A stretch of DNA of 64,000 nucleotides. Source: a virus. Of the stretch, positions 46,797-56,384 are shown one piece after another. The DNA is taken from the IMG/VR virus record IMGVR_UViG_3300017824_001452; one strand, 5' to 3'. A program made the position numbers and the translations under genes. How positions within the stretch are numbered: position 1 is the first letter of the stretch; the number at the start of each line of letters is the position of its first letter. The notes under the pieces were generated by a model. That model did not search any database and was not told where the DNA came from. It saw only the letters and a list, made by a program, of their open reading frames with translations.

Positions 46797-49417
46797 GTAA
46801 TCATCCTGAGTGGGTAACACCAGCCGGAAGTATAGGCGCATTCCCGTCTCAAGTTCCTATGACATTTACGTTTGTAGCAACCCCAGAACTTCCTGCAACA
46901 GCAATTACTTACGCAGTATTGAGCGGAAGCATACCTTCAGGATTATCATTAGATAGTGAAACTGGAATATTATCAGGTACACCTGCAACTGTGGGTGCAG
47001 ACACTACTTACAATTTTTCTATTAGAGCAACAGACGATTATCTAGGTGATACACAACGTATTATGGATAGAACATTTAGTATGATTATTAGTGGTGTTGC
47101 AACACCTGAATTTACTACTCCTGCAGGTACTATTTTAAATTCAAACGACAGTGTATGGAGAGAATTGCAGATAGAATATACAAATCCAGTAACGACTAAT
47201 CCAATATCTATTAGGAAAATTCAAGGAACATTGCCTCCTGGATTAGAAATTAATGAATCAGGATTAATTAGAGGTTATCCTGAACCACCCGTCATTAGTG
47301 TTAATTATAGTACTGTTAATACATCAGTATTAGCCATATCATCAAACGTTTTGACAGTATTGAGTACAACAGGATTTATTAAAGAAAGGCCTATTATATT
47401 TAATGGTGCAGTTTATGGGGACATTGTAGCAAATAGAGTATATTATGTCAAAGATATTTTAAGTGCAACTACATTTACAATATCATCAGCACGTGGCGGA
47501 GCAGAAGAAATTTTATCAGATGGCGTAGGAACATTTGGAGCATTATTACCACAAATACAAACAGGTGAGCCTACTGTACAAACATATTCATTTACATTAG
47601 AATTAGTATCACCATTAGGAAATGCATTAGAATCATATAATATTATTATTGCAAATCAAAATGCGCCGATAAGTGCAGGAGGTCCTGGCCTTCCACCAAA
47701 CAGCAGAATACCTAGTGTCTTAAATACAAGACCACAAACATTTGATGTTGCAACCAATGATCCAACTAACTATGGTTATTATGTATTTCCTAATGATGAT
47801 CCAAATACTACGTATTCACCAAGTGAAGAAGCAAATATAGGAACCTTTCAAAGTGGAGAATATTTTGCATGGAGAATGTTAGGAAAAGATTTTGATGGCA
47901 ATGCTTTAGAATATCGATACACTGATCTACCTTTAGGATTAGTAGGAGATTCAGTGACTGGATGGATAACAGGAACGCCTGTAATTGCTGATAATAGTAT
48001 TTCAAATTATACATTTAGTGTTAATGTAAGAAAAGCAAGTTTTACATCTATACAAAGTTCCACATTTAAATTTAAAATGACTGTTACAAATGATATATTA
48101 GGAGTAATCAATTGGACAACACCTAATGATCTTGGTAAAATGAATAACAGTGAAACATCTATTTTAGCGGTTAATGCAACAAGTGATGTAGAACTTGAAT
48201 ATAGAGTTACGAGCGGCACATTACCTCCCAACTTACAATTGTTAAGCAATGGTGAAATATCAGGTAAAGTAGCATATCAACCCAATGATACATTTACAGA
48301 ACCAAACGCAGAAACACCGTTTACATTTACAATCGAAGCATATTCGCCTTTTTATCCTGTGATTAATTCTACAAGAACGTTTACATTAACTATCGTACAA
48401 GAATTTATTCAACCCACAGATACTTTATATATTAAATGTGTACCAAATGTTGCAGATAGGAATATTATTAATTCATTACTTAACAATACAATGATTTTCC
48501 CTGAACAAGATTTGTATAGGCCAGAAGACGTAAACTTTGGTAAAGCAACTAATATTACATATGAACATGCGTATGGTATATATGCAAGTGATTTTGAAGA
48601 ATATGTAGCCGCTATTGACAAGAATCATTATTGGAGATATATTACATTAGGTGAATTAAAAACAGCAGTTGCAAAAAATTCTGCTGGAGAAATAGTTTAT
48701 GAAGTAGTTTATTCTCAAATACAAGATGATCTAATAAACCCAAAAGGCAAAAGCATCAGTGAAGAAATTTTATGGCCTAGAAGTATACCACTTAGTAAAG
48801 GACCATGGTACACAAGTGTAACAGATATCTACACAAGTTATATAGATACAACCCCCGACGGACAACAAATACAAACAGAAGAAACGTTTGAAGAACAATT
48901 AATCGTTTCAGAAACTGAATTACCTTTGTTAACAGAAACAAGTCAACCAGCATATTATACAAGTTTAACTCCTGAATTTGCAAGAGCATTGTATCCTAAT
49001 TCATTGCCAAACATGAGAGACAGAGCAGGACAGAACTTAGGACAAGAATTTGACTTTAGACTTCTTCCTGAATGGATGACTAGTCAACAAGCAAACGGTT
49101 CGACTTTAGGATATACTCCCGCTTGGGTTCTTGCTTATTGTAAGCCGGGTACCGCTGATACAATTAAAAACAATATTGAAACTTTATGGGTAGATCCTTT
49201 AGGTAAACCATACACATTGAACACAATTAACTTCCAGTTAGACAGAATTACAGTTAATAAATCTACTACGTTTGACTATGATAATAACACTAGTCCGCCC
49301 GCATGGACAGGATTACCTAGTGCATCTCCAGAACCTAATCCTATTGATTCTGAAGACTTTCATGTTTTATTTCCTAGAAGAACTGTTTTACCAGACGAAG
49401 GAAATGTATCTGGATAA
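46793..49417 (+). CDS. baseplate wedge-like protein with Ig-like repeats
   Basis: Repeated G.LP.GL.L...G.ISGTP (putative Ig) units. Confidence 0.65.
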   Translation: MSNHPEWVTPAGSIGAFPSQVPMTFTFVATPELPATAITYAVLSGSIPSGLSLDSETGILSGTPATVGADTTYNFSIRATDDYLGDTQRIMDRTFSMIISGVATPEFTTPAGTILNSNDSVWRELQIEYTNPVTTNPISIRKIQGTLPPGLEINESGLIRGYPEPPVISVNYSTVNTSVLAISSNVLTVLSTTGFIKERPIIFNGAVYGDIVANRVYYVKDILSATTFTISSARGGAEEILSDGVGTFGALLPQIQTGEPTVQTYSFTLELVSPLGNALESYNIIIANQNAPISAGGPGLPPNSRIPSVLNTRPQTFDVATNDPTNYGYYVFPNDDPNTTYSPSEEANIGTFQSGEYFAWRMLGKDFDGNALEYRYTDLPLGLVGDSVTGWITGTPVIADNSISNYTFSVNVRKASFTSIQSSTFKFKMTVTNDILGVINWTTPNDLGKMNNSETSILAVNATSDVELEYRVTSGTLPPNLQLLSNGEISGKVAYQPNDTFTEPNAETPFTFTIEAYSPFYPVINSTRTFTLTIVQEFIQPTDTLYIKCVPNVADRNIINSLLNNTMIFPEQDLYRPEDVNFGKATNITYEHAYGIYASDFEEYVAAIDKNHYWRYITLGELKTAVAKNSAGEIVYEVVYSQIQDDLINPKGKSISEEILWPRSIPLSKGPWYTSVTDIYTSYIDTTPDGQQIQTEETFEEQLIVSETELPLLTETSQPAYYTSLTPEFARALYPNSLPNMRDRAGQNLGQEFDFRLLPEWMTSQQANGSTLGYTPAWVLAYCKPGTADTIKNNIETLWVDPLGKPYTLNTINFQLDRITVNKSTTFDYDNNTSPPAWTGLPSASPEPNPIDSEDFHVLFPRRTVLPDEGNVSG

Positions 49418-49457
49418 TTTGTGTTGATAAATAGTATATTGAGAGATTATATAAATT

Positions 49458-50930
49458 ATGACTAGTACAATTAATACAAACGGAATAGACGGAAACTATC
49501 CTGTCCCGGGACAGAATAACAATTCTCAGGGTTTCAGAGATAATTTTACGGCTATCAAAAATAATTTAAATACAGCCGAAACAGAAATTTCAGACTTACA
49601 AAGTAATGCTGTACTTAAAGCGCCTTTAACTGGTATTCCGTTAGACAATAACATGGCCAATACTTTGATTAGTAATGCCGCTGTTAGAACGTTTCGTAAT
49701 ACTACATATAATTTAGGTAATAACGTATCAGGAACAGTCGTAGTCGATTGTACATTAGGTGATGTACAATTTGCAACTATTACAGGAAACACTACGTTTC
49801 AATTTGCAGGTTGGGCACCTACTTCAACAAAACACACAATCACGTTAGACTTAACTGTTGCAAACACTGATGCATTTTTAATGTTCCCTGCTGAAGTTGT
49901 TGGTAGTGGTGACATTTTAGAAAACAACATAACGGTTAGTGGCAACTTAGCAATTGCTAAAGCACCTTATGATGTAACTAATCTCGTATATGATTTTTCT
50001 ACTATTGATTGTGGTAATACAATTTTAGTAGAACCAGTCAACAGAAGTTATCAAATCTCACAAATCGAACAAAGAGAAGCAATTATTCCTACAGGATATG
50101 TAGGTGACAGAAACGGTGATGTTGCATTCTCTACAGTTATCGAACCACAAACAATAACTGATACAGGTAACGTTTTTACTGCCGGAACATTTGTAGTTGG
50201 TAGAGAATATATTATTGTTTCTACAGGAGACACTGATTTTACTTTAATTGGAGCCGCAGATAGCAACCCGGGAACTGCATTCGTAGCAACTGGTGTTGGT
50301 ACAGGAACTGGAACAGCCAGTGACAATACTTTAATTACAGACAACACTACTGGTTTTTATGTAGGCATGCCAGTAGAGTTTACAGGACAAAATGGCAACA
50401 CAGTATTTGGAGGAGTCTCTGCGGGTACAGATTATTATGTAACATTTGTCGAAGATGATACTAGTTTTGCAGTAAGTACTACGTTGGGCGGTAGCAATAT
50501 AGCACTGACTACTGGCAACAGTACAATGCAAGTATCACCTATTAAACATGTTTATTATGCTACAGGAACATTTGACAGCACAGTGAATTCTGTTAATTTG
50601 CATGAAACTACTGCATCAACAGACTTAATAGAATTGGCAGCCACTGTTCCAAATGTTGCATCATATGGATTAAATCAACCTATCGTATTTTCAGGCAGTG
50701 AGATAGAATTAGACGATGCAGGTCTTTTAGCAAATACTACATATTATATTGCTTCTATCGATACAGGTGGTGCAAACACAGCAATATCAATAAGCCGATC
50801 ACGTACAAATGGCGTAGCAGACGGCAACGTATCATTATCTGATCATACATTTACTTCAAACATAGCATTAGGTAATGTGTATACACAGGGCCACGACATT
50901 TGGAAAAGAATTAGGCTAGACTCGTTTTAA
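49458..50930 (+). CDS. baseplate/tail fibre-associated structural protein
   Basis: YPVPGQNNNSQGFRDNF..IK N-terminus, C-terminal IWKRI; late promoter 49428-49433. Confidence 0.65.
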   Translation: MTSTINTNGIDGNYPVPGQNNNSQGFRDNFTAIKNNLNTAETEISDLQSNAVLKAPLTGIPLDNNMANTLISNAAVRTFRNTTYNLGNNVSGTVVVDCTLGDVQFATITGNTTFQFAGWAPTSTKHTITLDLTVANTDAFLMFPAEVVGSGDILENNITVSGNLAIAKAPYDVTNLVYDFSTIDCGNTILVEPVNRSYQISQIEQREAIIPTGYVGDRNGDVAFSTVIEPQTITDTGNVFTAGTFVVGREYIIVSTGDTDFTLIGAADSNPGTAFVATGVGTGTGTASDNTLITDNTTGFYVGMPVEFTGQNGNTVFGGVSAGTDYYVTFVEDDTSFAVSTTLGGSNIALTTGNSTMQVSPIKHVYYATGTFDSTVNSVNLHETTASTDLIELAATVPNVASYGLNQPIVFSGSEIELDDAGLLANTTYYIASIDTGGANTAISISRSRTNGVADGNVSLSDHTFTSNIALGNVYTQGHDIWKRIRLDSF

Positions 50931-50940
50931 AGGATAGGCT

Positions 50941-51180
50941 ATGTCAGGCATGCATCATCCATTTATCAACGATCTTTCTGATAAAAGTATAGAAGAATTA
51001 CAAGAAGCAATTTCTGATCTTACTACTAAAATTACATTTGCACATCGCATACAAAATCAACCTATGATTAATCAATTAGATATGATTCTTAATAGTTACA
51101 AATCTGAACAAAAGAAAAAATTAGATAAATTGTTTGCTGAAAAAGAGATAGGTGATAACATTAAAGTAGATAGAAAATGA
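50941..51180 (+). CDS. hypothetical coiled-coil protein
   Basis: 79-aa ORF with RBS. Confidence 0.7.
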   Translation: MSGMHHPFINDLSDKSIEELQEAISDLTTKITFAHRIQNQPMINQLDMILNSYKSEQKKKLDKLFAEKEIGDNIKVDRK

Positions 51181-51746
51181 GTACCAGAATAGAAAAAGAT
51201 TTAGGTTTTTCTACAGCAATACATTTTGCTGATACATTCATGTTAAATGAATATTTAATGACTTTATCTATGTTAGTAGAAACAGAGGACATTGCAGAAC
51301 AAAATATTGCTTTAGAACGTTTACTGCATTTTGTTATAAACGTATTAAACAATTGTATTTTTATCAACGAAAACAACACCAAAGAAATTAAAAAATATAA
51401 AGAAGCAGGTATTAGAGTTTGTGAACTGCCCGATGATCCTTTTGATCAAATTATTTCTATGGCACTTTTGCAAAAGTTTAATTCTATTACTGAAGGACGA
51501 ATTAAAGTTACAGACTGCTCACTAAGTTCTCATTTAAGTGACGGTGTTCGTTTCTGTACAGTTTCAGAAATAGTAGAGAGTAACATAGATCAAGGAAACC
51601 ATAAATGGTGGAATTGCAGTACACTCTGCATTGAACATTCTAAACCAGATGATAACAATGATAATATTGTTAAACTTTTTTCTAATGATGAATGGGAAAA
51701 ACTATCACTCAACTTTAAAAAGGGTAAAAAATCTTCCAAAAGTTAG
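51177..51746 (+). CDS. hypothetical protein
   Basis: 189-aa ORF, ATGA overlap. Confidence 0.75.
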   Translation: MSTRIEKDLGFSTAIHFADTFMLNEYLMTLSMLVETEDIAEQNIALERLLHFVINVLNNCIFINENNTKEIKKYKEAGIRVCELPDDPFDQIISMALLQKFNSITEGRIKVTDCSLSSHLSDGVRFCTVSEIVESNIDQGNHKWWNCSTLCIEHSKPDDNNDNIVKLFSNDEWEKLSLNFKKGKKSSKS

Positions 51747-51756
51747 ACCTTTTTGC

Positions 51757-51784
51757 TTGTAAATCAACAATAATAGTGTATAAT
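51757..51784 (+). promoter_or_regulatory. sigma70-type early promoter
   Basis: TTGTAA-N16-TATAAT; ATG 7 nt downstream. Confidence 0.6.
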
Positions 51785-51791
51785 ATATCAT

Positions 51792-52298
51792 ATGATTAAC
51801 GATTATTACGGACGCCCTATATATACTGAACGAGATTTAGTAGATATCTACATGACAAATCCAAATCAGAAATTAAAAGGTGTTCTTACTAATAACAAAA
51901 TAGAAATTGATCCAAGCCTAGAAATAGAAAATGTTCCTGAGTTAATAGAACACACATTAGCACAAGTTTCTGTTGCAGATTTTGATGAAGAAATGCGAAG
52001 CAAATGGCATATGCCTACAAAATACAGAGAACTAGACATTGCTAAATGGTTACTAGAACAATGTAAACACGAAGAAGAAATACAACGTGTAGGAAAAGAA
52101 TTGTTATTGTATCAAAAACGCGGACAATTTCAACTATTGCAGTATATGAAATATCTTGTTGATTTAATGAGAGAACATAATATCGTATGGGGAGTAGGTA
52201 GAGGGTCTAGTGTATCAAGTTTTGTTTTATTTTTGATAGGAATTCACCGTATAAATAGTATATACTACGGTTTAGACGTTGAAGAATTTTTAAAATAG
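51792..52298 (+). CDS. dnaE: DNA polymerase III alpha-like, N-terminal palm half of a split minimal enzyme
   Basis: QRVGKEL....GVGRGSSVSSFVLFLIGIHRIN..YGLDVEEFLK aligns to DnaE [31 protein letters not shown]. Confidence 0.85.
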   Translation: MINDYYGRPIYTERDLVDIYMTNPNQKLKGVLTNNKIEIDPSLEIENVPELIEHTLAQVSVADFDEEMRSKWHMPTKYRELDIAKWLLEQCKHEEEIQRVGKELLLYQKRGQFQLLQYMKYLVDLMREHNIVWGVGRGSSVSSFVLFLIGIHRINSIYYGLDVEEFLK

Positions 52299-52306
52299 GA
52301 AGCAAT

Positions 52307-52996
52307 ATGGGAAGAATATATAAAACGGCAAGGGGAAGATCACTAGACATGGCGTCTTTGATTGCGAAACAAGAAAAAACACGTGCTGTTAGTAATATTA
52401 ATGCAATTAATTCACGTGGTGATGAAATCGATCAAGCAGGAAATGTAGTAAGACCTAATACTCAACGAGTTGCAGATTCATACGCATCACAGGTAGGAAC
52501 TCAAGGTGCAGTAAGTTTACAAGAACGCCCTGAAAATCCTAATATTAGTAAAAGTGCTAATCCAAACGCTCCATTATCTCCCAAACAAAAAAGAGAACTT
52601 GAAGCATTAGAAAAAGTAGAGTCAGGTGCAGTGGAAGAAAAGGCGCCTACTGAGACTCCTATGCTAGATAAGTTAGTAGAAGAATCAAAACCTAACGTGC
52701 AAGAAAGTGTGCAACCTGTAGCAGAAGTGGCGCAAGAAAGTGTAGAAGAATACGTAGCACCCATTGAAGCAGAGATTGCTCCTATTCCCCCTGCAGAACC
52801 TGAAGAATTTGTAATGAAATCAGCAGACGAAGCACCAGATAGTTTCCCTGCAGAAGGAGAAATAGAATTACATCCTGAAGAGGCTGAATTAGCAGAACTT
52901 GAAGAAGACTTTGATATCGAAGCAATTAAGAAAGCGGCTTTAGAAAACATTGTAACAGAACAACCAAAAGCAAAATCTAAAAAGAAGGGTAAGTAA
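52307..52996 (+). CDS. hypothetical late protein with acidic low-complexity tail
   Basis: TATAAATA at 52250-52257 inside the upstream gene; AGGA RBS. Confidence 0.7.
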   Translation: MGRIYKTARGRSLDMASLIAKQEKTRAVSNINAINSRGDEIDQAGNVVRPNTQRVADSYASQVGTQGAVSLQERPENPNISKSANPNAPLSPKQKRELEALEKVESGAVEEKAPTETPMLDKLVEESKPNVQESVQPVAEVAQESVEEYVAPIEAEIAPIPPAEPEEFVMKSADEAPDSFPAEGEIELHPEEAELAELEEDFDIEAIKKAALENIVTEQPKAKSKKKGK

Positions 52997-52999
52997 TAA

Positions 53000-53377
53000 A
53001 TGGCAATAGGACTTAAATCTAATATCAATCGTATACATTGTAAATCATTGAGAGCAATCAGTGATAAAATTATTGTACATGGCATGGAGTTCGGTGAACA
53101 GAAACTTGCATCTGGTATCGTGCTAGTAGACGATGATAAAAAGTCTACAGGAATCAAGCCTAGATGGGCACAAGTATACTCTATCGGTCCACAGGCAAAT
53201 ACTGAACTTAAAGAAGGACAATATGTAATGGTAGCACATGGTCGTTGGACACGTGGTATTAACATTACAGACGAAGAAGGGGACAAGACAATTCGTTGTG
53301 TTGACCCAAAAGATTGCTTGTTAGTAAGTGATGAACCACAGACTAACATGGCATATGGAGATAAAGAAGGAGCATAG
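53000..53377 (+). CDS. groES: GroES-like co-chaperonin
   Basis: RAISDKIIV...E..LASGIVL...V.SIGP....LKEGQYV. Confidence 0.85.
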   Translation: MAIGLKSNINRIHCKSLRAISDKIIVHGMEFGEQKLASGIVLVDDDKKSTGIKPRWAQVYSIGPQANTELKEGQYVMVAHGRWTRGINITDEEGDKTIRCVDPKDCLLVSDEPQTNMAYGDKEGA

Positions 53378-53441
53378 TGTTCGGATTTTTTACTTATGTG
53401 TTCATGTGAATACATATAATGAAAAATTTAAAGGAGACTAT

Positions 53442-53822
53442 ATGAAATTTTTTATTTTCATTCTGGCACTAGTTTCATTCGGTGCTACAGCCCAAACGGT
53501 TATCAACTATGACGATGGTTCTACATTGACCCTTGAAGAAGGTGAAATGATTCACGTTACTAAAGGTAAATTGTATCAACAACGCACTTATAATAGCGGT
53601 AGAACTATTCAGTTCAAAGAGTTTCCGGAAACTGCTCGGCGTGATTATGTTGAAGTAGATAACGGAACTGATGACGACATGGCAATGGGATCACACGCCT
53701 GGTGTGATGCATATGTTCCATGGTCAGAAGGTTTGACCTTCACTATGGTTGCATGGCAACGTTATTGTGATACAAATAATGACGGTGTGTATGACGAAAA
53801 CGATGACGGTTGGGAAGGCTAA
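53442..53822 (+). CDS. secreted/periplasmic protein with signal peptide
   Basis: AAGGAG RBS; MKFFIFILALVSFGATA signal peptide; C-terminal DTNNDGVYDEND Ca-binding-like loop. Confidence 0.7.
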   Translation: MKFFIFILALVSFGATAQTVINYDDGSTLTLEEGEMIHVTKGKLYQQRTYNSGRTIQFKEFPETARRDYVEVDNGTDDDMAMGSHAWCDAYVPWSEGLTFTMVAWQRYCDTNNDGVYDENDDGWEG

Positions 53823-53825
53823 AAT

Positions 53826-53853
53826 AAAGGGCACATTGTTGCCCTTTTTCTTT
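53826..53853 (+). terminator. intrinsic terminator
   Basis: AAAGGGCA-CATTGT-TGCCCTTT-TTCTTT. Confidence 0.8.
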
Positions 53854-53862
53854 AATTAATGA

Positions 53863-53891
53863 TTGACATCTATTCATTAATCCTATATAAT
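53863..53891 (+). promoter_or_regulatory. consensus sigma70 promoter
   Basis: TTGACA-N17-TATAAT. Confidence 0.9.
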
Positions 53892-53923
53892 AACAGTATT
53901 AAATTAAACTCAATGAGGTATCA

Positions 53924-54847
53924 ATGAAGAATCAGTTGTGGGTAGAAAAGTATCGTCCGTTATCTGTAGATGATTATGTGTTTACAGATCCAATTCAAAA
54001 AGAACAAGTTCAAAACTGGATAGCAGAAGATAGTTTCCCTCATTTATTGATGTCTGGTGACCCCGGTACAGGTAAAACTACACTGGCAAAAGTGTTGATT
54101 AACGAATTAGGTATCGAAGAATATGACGTATTGACTATTAATGCATCACGTGAAAATGGTATTGACATGTTGCGTGAAAAGATTAATGGCTTTGTGCAGA
54201 CTATGCCGTTCGGCAAGTTCAAGGTGGTGCTGTTAGACGAGGCAGATTATTTAACTCAGCCCTCGCAGGCAGCCTTAAGAAATGATATGGAAGCATACCA
54301 TGAGACTGTAAGATACATTCTCACTTGTAACTATGCCCATAAGATCATTCCTGCACTAAAGTCTCGTTGTCATCAATATCATATTGCTAAGCCTGATATG
54401 ACAGAGTTTACAGCAAGAGCGGCAACTGTGCTAGTTACAGAAAAAGTTGAGTTTGAATTAGATGTATTAGATACATATGTTCGTGCAACTTATCCTGACT
54501 TACGTAAGTGTCTCAATCAATTGCAAGTAAACAGCGGCTCTGGCGCTCTCAGGCCCCCTCAGAGTGAAGGCCAGAGTGAAGATGAACTCTTAGTCGAAGC
54601 AACAAACTTGTTTAAAAGCGGTAATTTAATCGAAGCAAGACAACAATTGATGCAATATATCGCATTGTATCCTACTAGAATCGAAGATACATATCGTTGG
54701 ATGTATGATAACTTAGACTTGTTTGGGGCAAGTAATGAAGAACGTGATGCAAATATCATTGTTATCAGAAATGGTCTAGCAAATCTGCCGTTAGTAGGTA
54801 TCCCTGAGATATCACTCGCCGCAACTTTAGTTGAGTTGACTTCTTAA
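53924..54847 (+). CDS. clamp loader large subunit (gp44/RFC-like AAA+)
   Basis: LWVEKYRP, GDPGTGKTT, NAS, DEADYL, SRC, PDLRK. Confidence 0.93.
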   Translation: MKNQLWVEKYRPLSVDDYVFTDPIQKEQVQNWIAEDSFPHLLMSGDPGTGKTTLAKVLINELGIEEYDVLTINASRENGIDMLREKINGFVQTMPFGKFKVVLLDEADYLTQPSQAALRNDMEAYHETVRYILTCNYAHKIIPALKSRCHQYHIAKPDMTEFTARAATVLVTEKVEFELDVLDTYVRATYPDLRKCLNQLQVNSGSGALRPPQSEGQSEDELLVEATNLFKSGNLIEARQQLMQYIALYPTRIEDTYRWMYDNLDLFGASNEERDANIIVIRNGLANLPLVGIPEISLAATLVELTS

Positions 54848-54864
54848 CCATATAAATAAATGAT

Positions 54865-55143
54865 ATGAGATATTTACTAATACAATACATTCGCAAACCA
54901 AATGGTCAAATAGATGAATTGGTTCAAGTTTCACGCAAATTAAAAAAATCAGACATGAACACAAAAAATGTGATTATGGACTACTCTGATAATTCAGTTC
55001 AAAAATGTGTTATTGAAGGTAATAACCACGATACAACATTTGAAAAAATGAGTTCTTATTACAAGAGAATTTACCCTAAACTGATTGAGCAACTTGAAAA
55101 AGAAGGACCAATCGAAAAGAAAGATAAAAGGAATAAAAAATGA
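54865..55143 (+). CDS. hypothetical protein
   Basis: 92 aa; TATAAATA ends 6 nt before ATG. Confidence 0.7.
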   Translation: MRYLLIQYIRKPNGQIDELVQVSRKLKKSDMNTKNVIMDYSDNSVQKCVIEGNNHDTTFEKMSSYYKRIYPKLIEQLEKEGPIEKKDKRNKK

Positions 55144-55358
55144 GAAATAAATTTAAAGAAGTTTTGTTAGATTTTGGACAAGGAGCATACATATTTGCAT
55201 GGATTTTTGTTATTATGTTTACTTATATTTGGACATTGTCTCTTTTTAACTTCTCAGAAACAATTGAAGAATTATTAATATTTGCACCTTTATTCATTTA
55301 TGCCGCTTATATGATGGGCGGATTAAGAAGGCTGAATAGAAAATCAAAGACCTTGTAG
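55140..55358 (+). CDS. small two-TM membrane protein
   Basis: Two hydrophobic segments, ATGA overlap. Confidence 0.6.
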   Translation: MRNKFKEVLLDFGQGAYIFAWIFVIMFTYIWTLSLFNFSETIEELLIFAPLFIYAAYMMGGLRRLNRKSKTL

Positions 55359-55375
55359 GGGCAAAATCTTCAGTC

Positions 55376-55404
55376 GAAAGGGCCTAGAACGGCCCTTTCT
55401 TTTT
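55376..55404 (+). terminator. intrinsic terminator between convergent genes
   Basis: GAAAGGGCC-TAGAAC-GGCCCTTTC-TTTTT. Confidence 0.85.
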
Positions 55405-55425
55405 GGTTTATATGGACCTATGAAA

Positions 55426-56211
55426 TTATTGATACATCTTTAGTACGTGTTCAATAATCTTGTGTCTCCGTATGTCTTTGTGATCAAAAGTACAAGCAGT
55501 CATGCCTGGCACTTTATGTAGATCAATTCTTTCTTTTAAATCAAGGAGCCCGTTATTGTGTGTTAGTCGGTCAGTCTGTTCAACGTCACCATTGATTACG
55601 ATTTTGCTACCCTCAGCAATCCTTGTCATTAACATTTTTATTTGTGACGGTGTTGCGTTTTGAGCCTCATCTAATATAATCCATGAATGCTTGAAGTTTC
55701 TGCCTCGGCAAAATGCTAAAGGTGTGATTTCTATGATTTGTTCCTTTAACATATATTCGATTTCATTCTGTGAGTAATATTCTCTCACCACATCGAATAA
55801 GGGTCTTACCCATGGTTCCATTTTTGAGTTTAAGTCGCCTGGGAGAAAGCCATGTTTTTCATCATCCACTGCTACAGCAGGGCGTGTGAGTAATATTTTA
55901 TCGCATTGACCTGATCTTAATGCTCTCATTGCCGCTAACATTGCTAAGTAGGTTTTACCTGTTCCAGCGGGGCCACTAGCCATAACGATATCTGTTTCAG
56001 GGTCATTTAATGCTATAATATATTTTTCCTGATTTATACTCTGAGGTACTAATTCGATTGGTCTACGTGACTTCTGCTTTTTGCTATACTTGCTAAAGTC
56101 AATGGTCTTTGAGGTGTTCATATAGAATGTGTCCTCTGCGTTGTATTGTGTTTCCCTGTGTCTGTATGGTTCATGTTTTTTCCTTAGTGCGCCTGTTTTT
56201 CGTTTACTCAT
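55426..56211 (-). CDS. phoH: PhoH-like ATPase
   Basis: GPAGTGKT, HGFLPG, RGRNF, DEAQN, GDVEQTD. Confidence 0.95.
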   Translation of the reverse strand: MSKRKTGALRKKHEPYRHRETQYNAEDTFYMNTSKTIDFSKYSKKQKSRRPIELVPQSINQEKYIIALNDPETDIVMASGPAGTGKTYLAMLAAMRALRSGQCDKILLTRPAVAVDDEKHGFLPGDLNSKMEPWVRPLFDVVREYYSQNEIEYMLKEQIIEITPLAFCRGRNFKHSWIILDEAQNATPSQIKMLMTRIAEGSKIVINGDVEQTDRLTHNNGLLDLKERIDLHKVPGMTACTFDHKDIRRHKIIEHVLKMYQ

Positions 56212-56373
56212 ATATAATTCCTATATTTTAAAATGAAATGAGAAATTGTTTTCTCATTAAATACTTACCTGGTTTAGGTATGTAAAGAATCAGTGGATGA
56301 GGAAATGTCGTTTTGTGATAAATACTAGCACCAGAAGAACATGTTGTAAAATTCTTTTGCAGTCCCAATGAGA

Positions 56374-56379
56374 TAAATA
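56374..56379 (+). promoter_or_regulatory. late promoter, leaderless (duplicate GATAAATACTAG near 56317-56328)
   Basis: TAAATA-CTAGT-ATG. Confidence 0.75.
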
Positions 56380-56384
56380 CTAGT

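Noticed and set aside
52501-53415. 304-aa minus-strand ORF
   Set aside because: Antisense to two well-supported genes (52307 and groES); Ser-rich shadow of Glu codons
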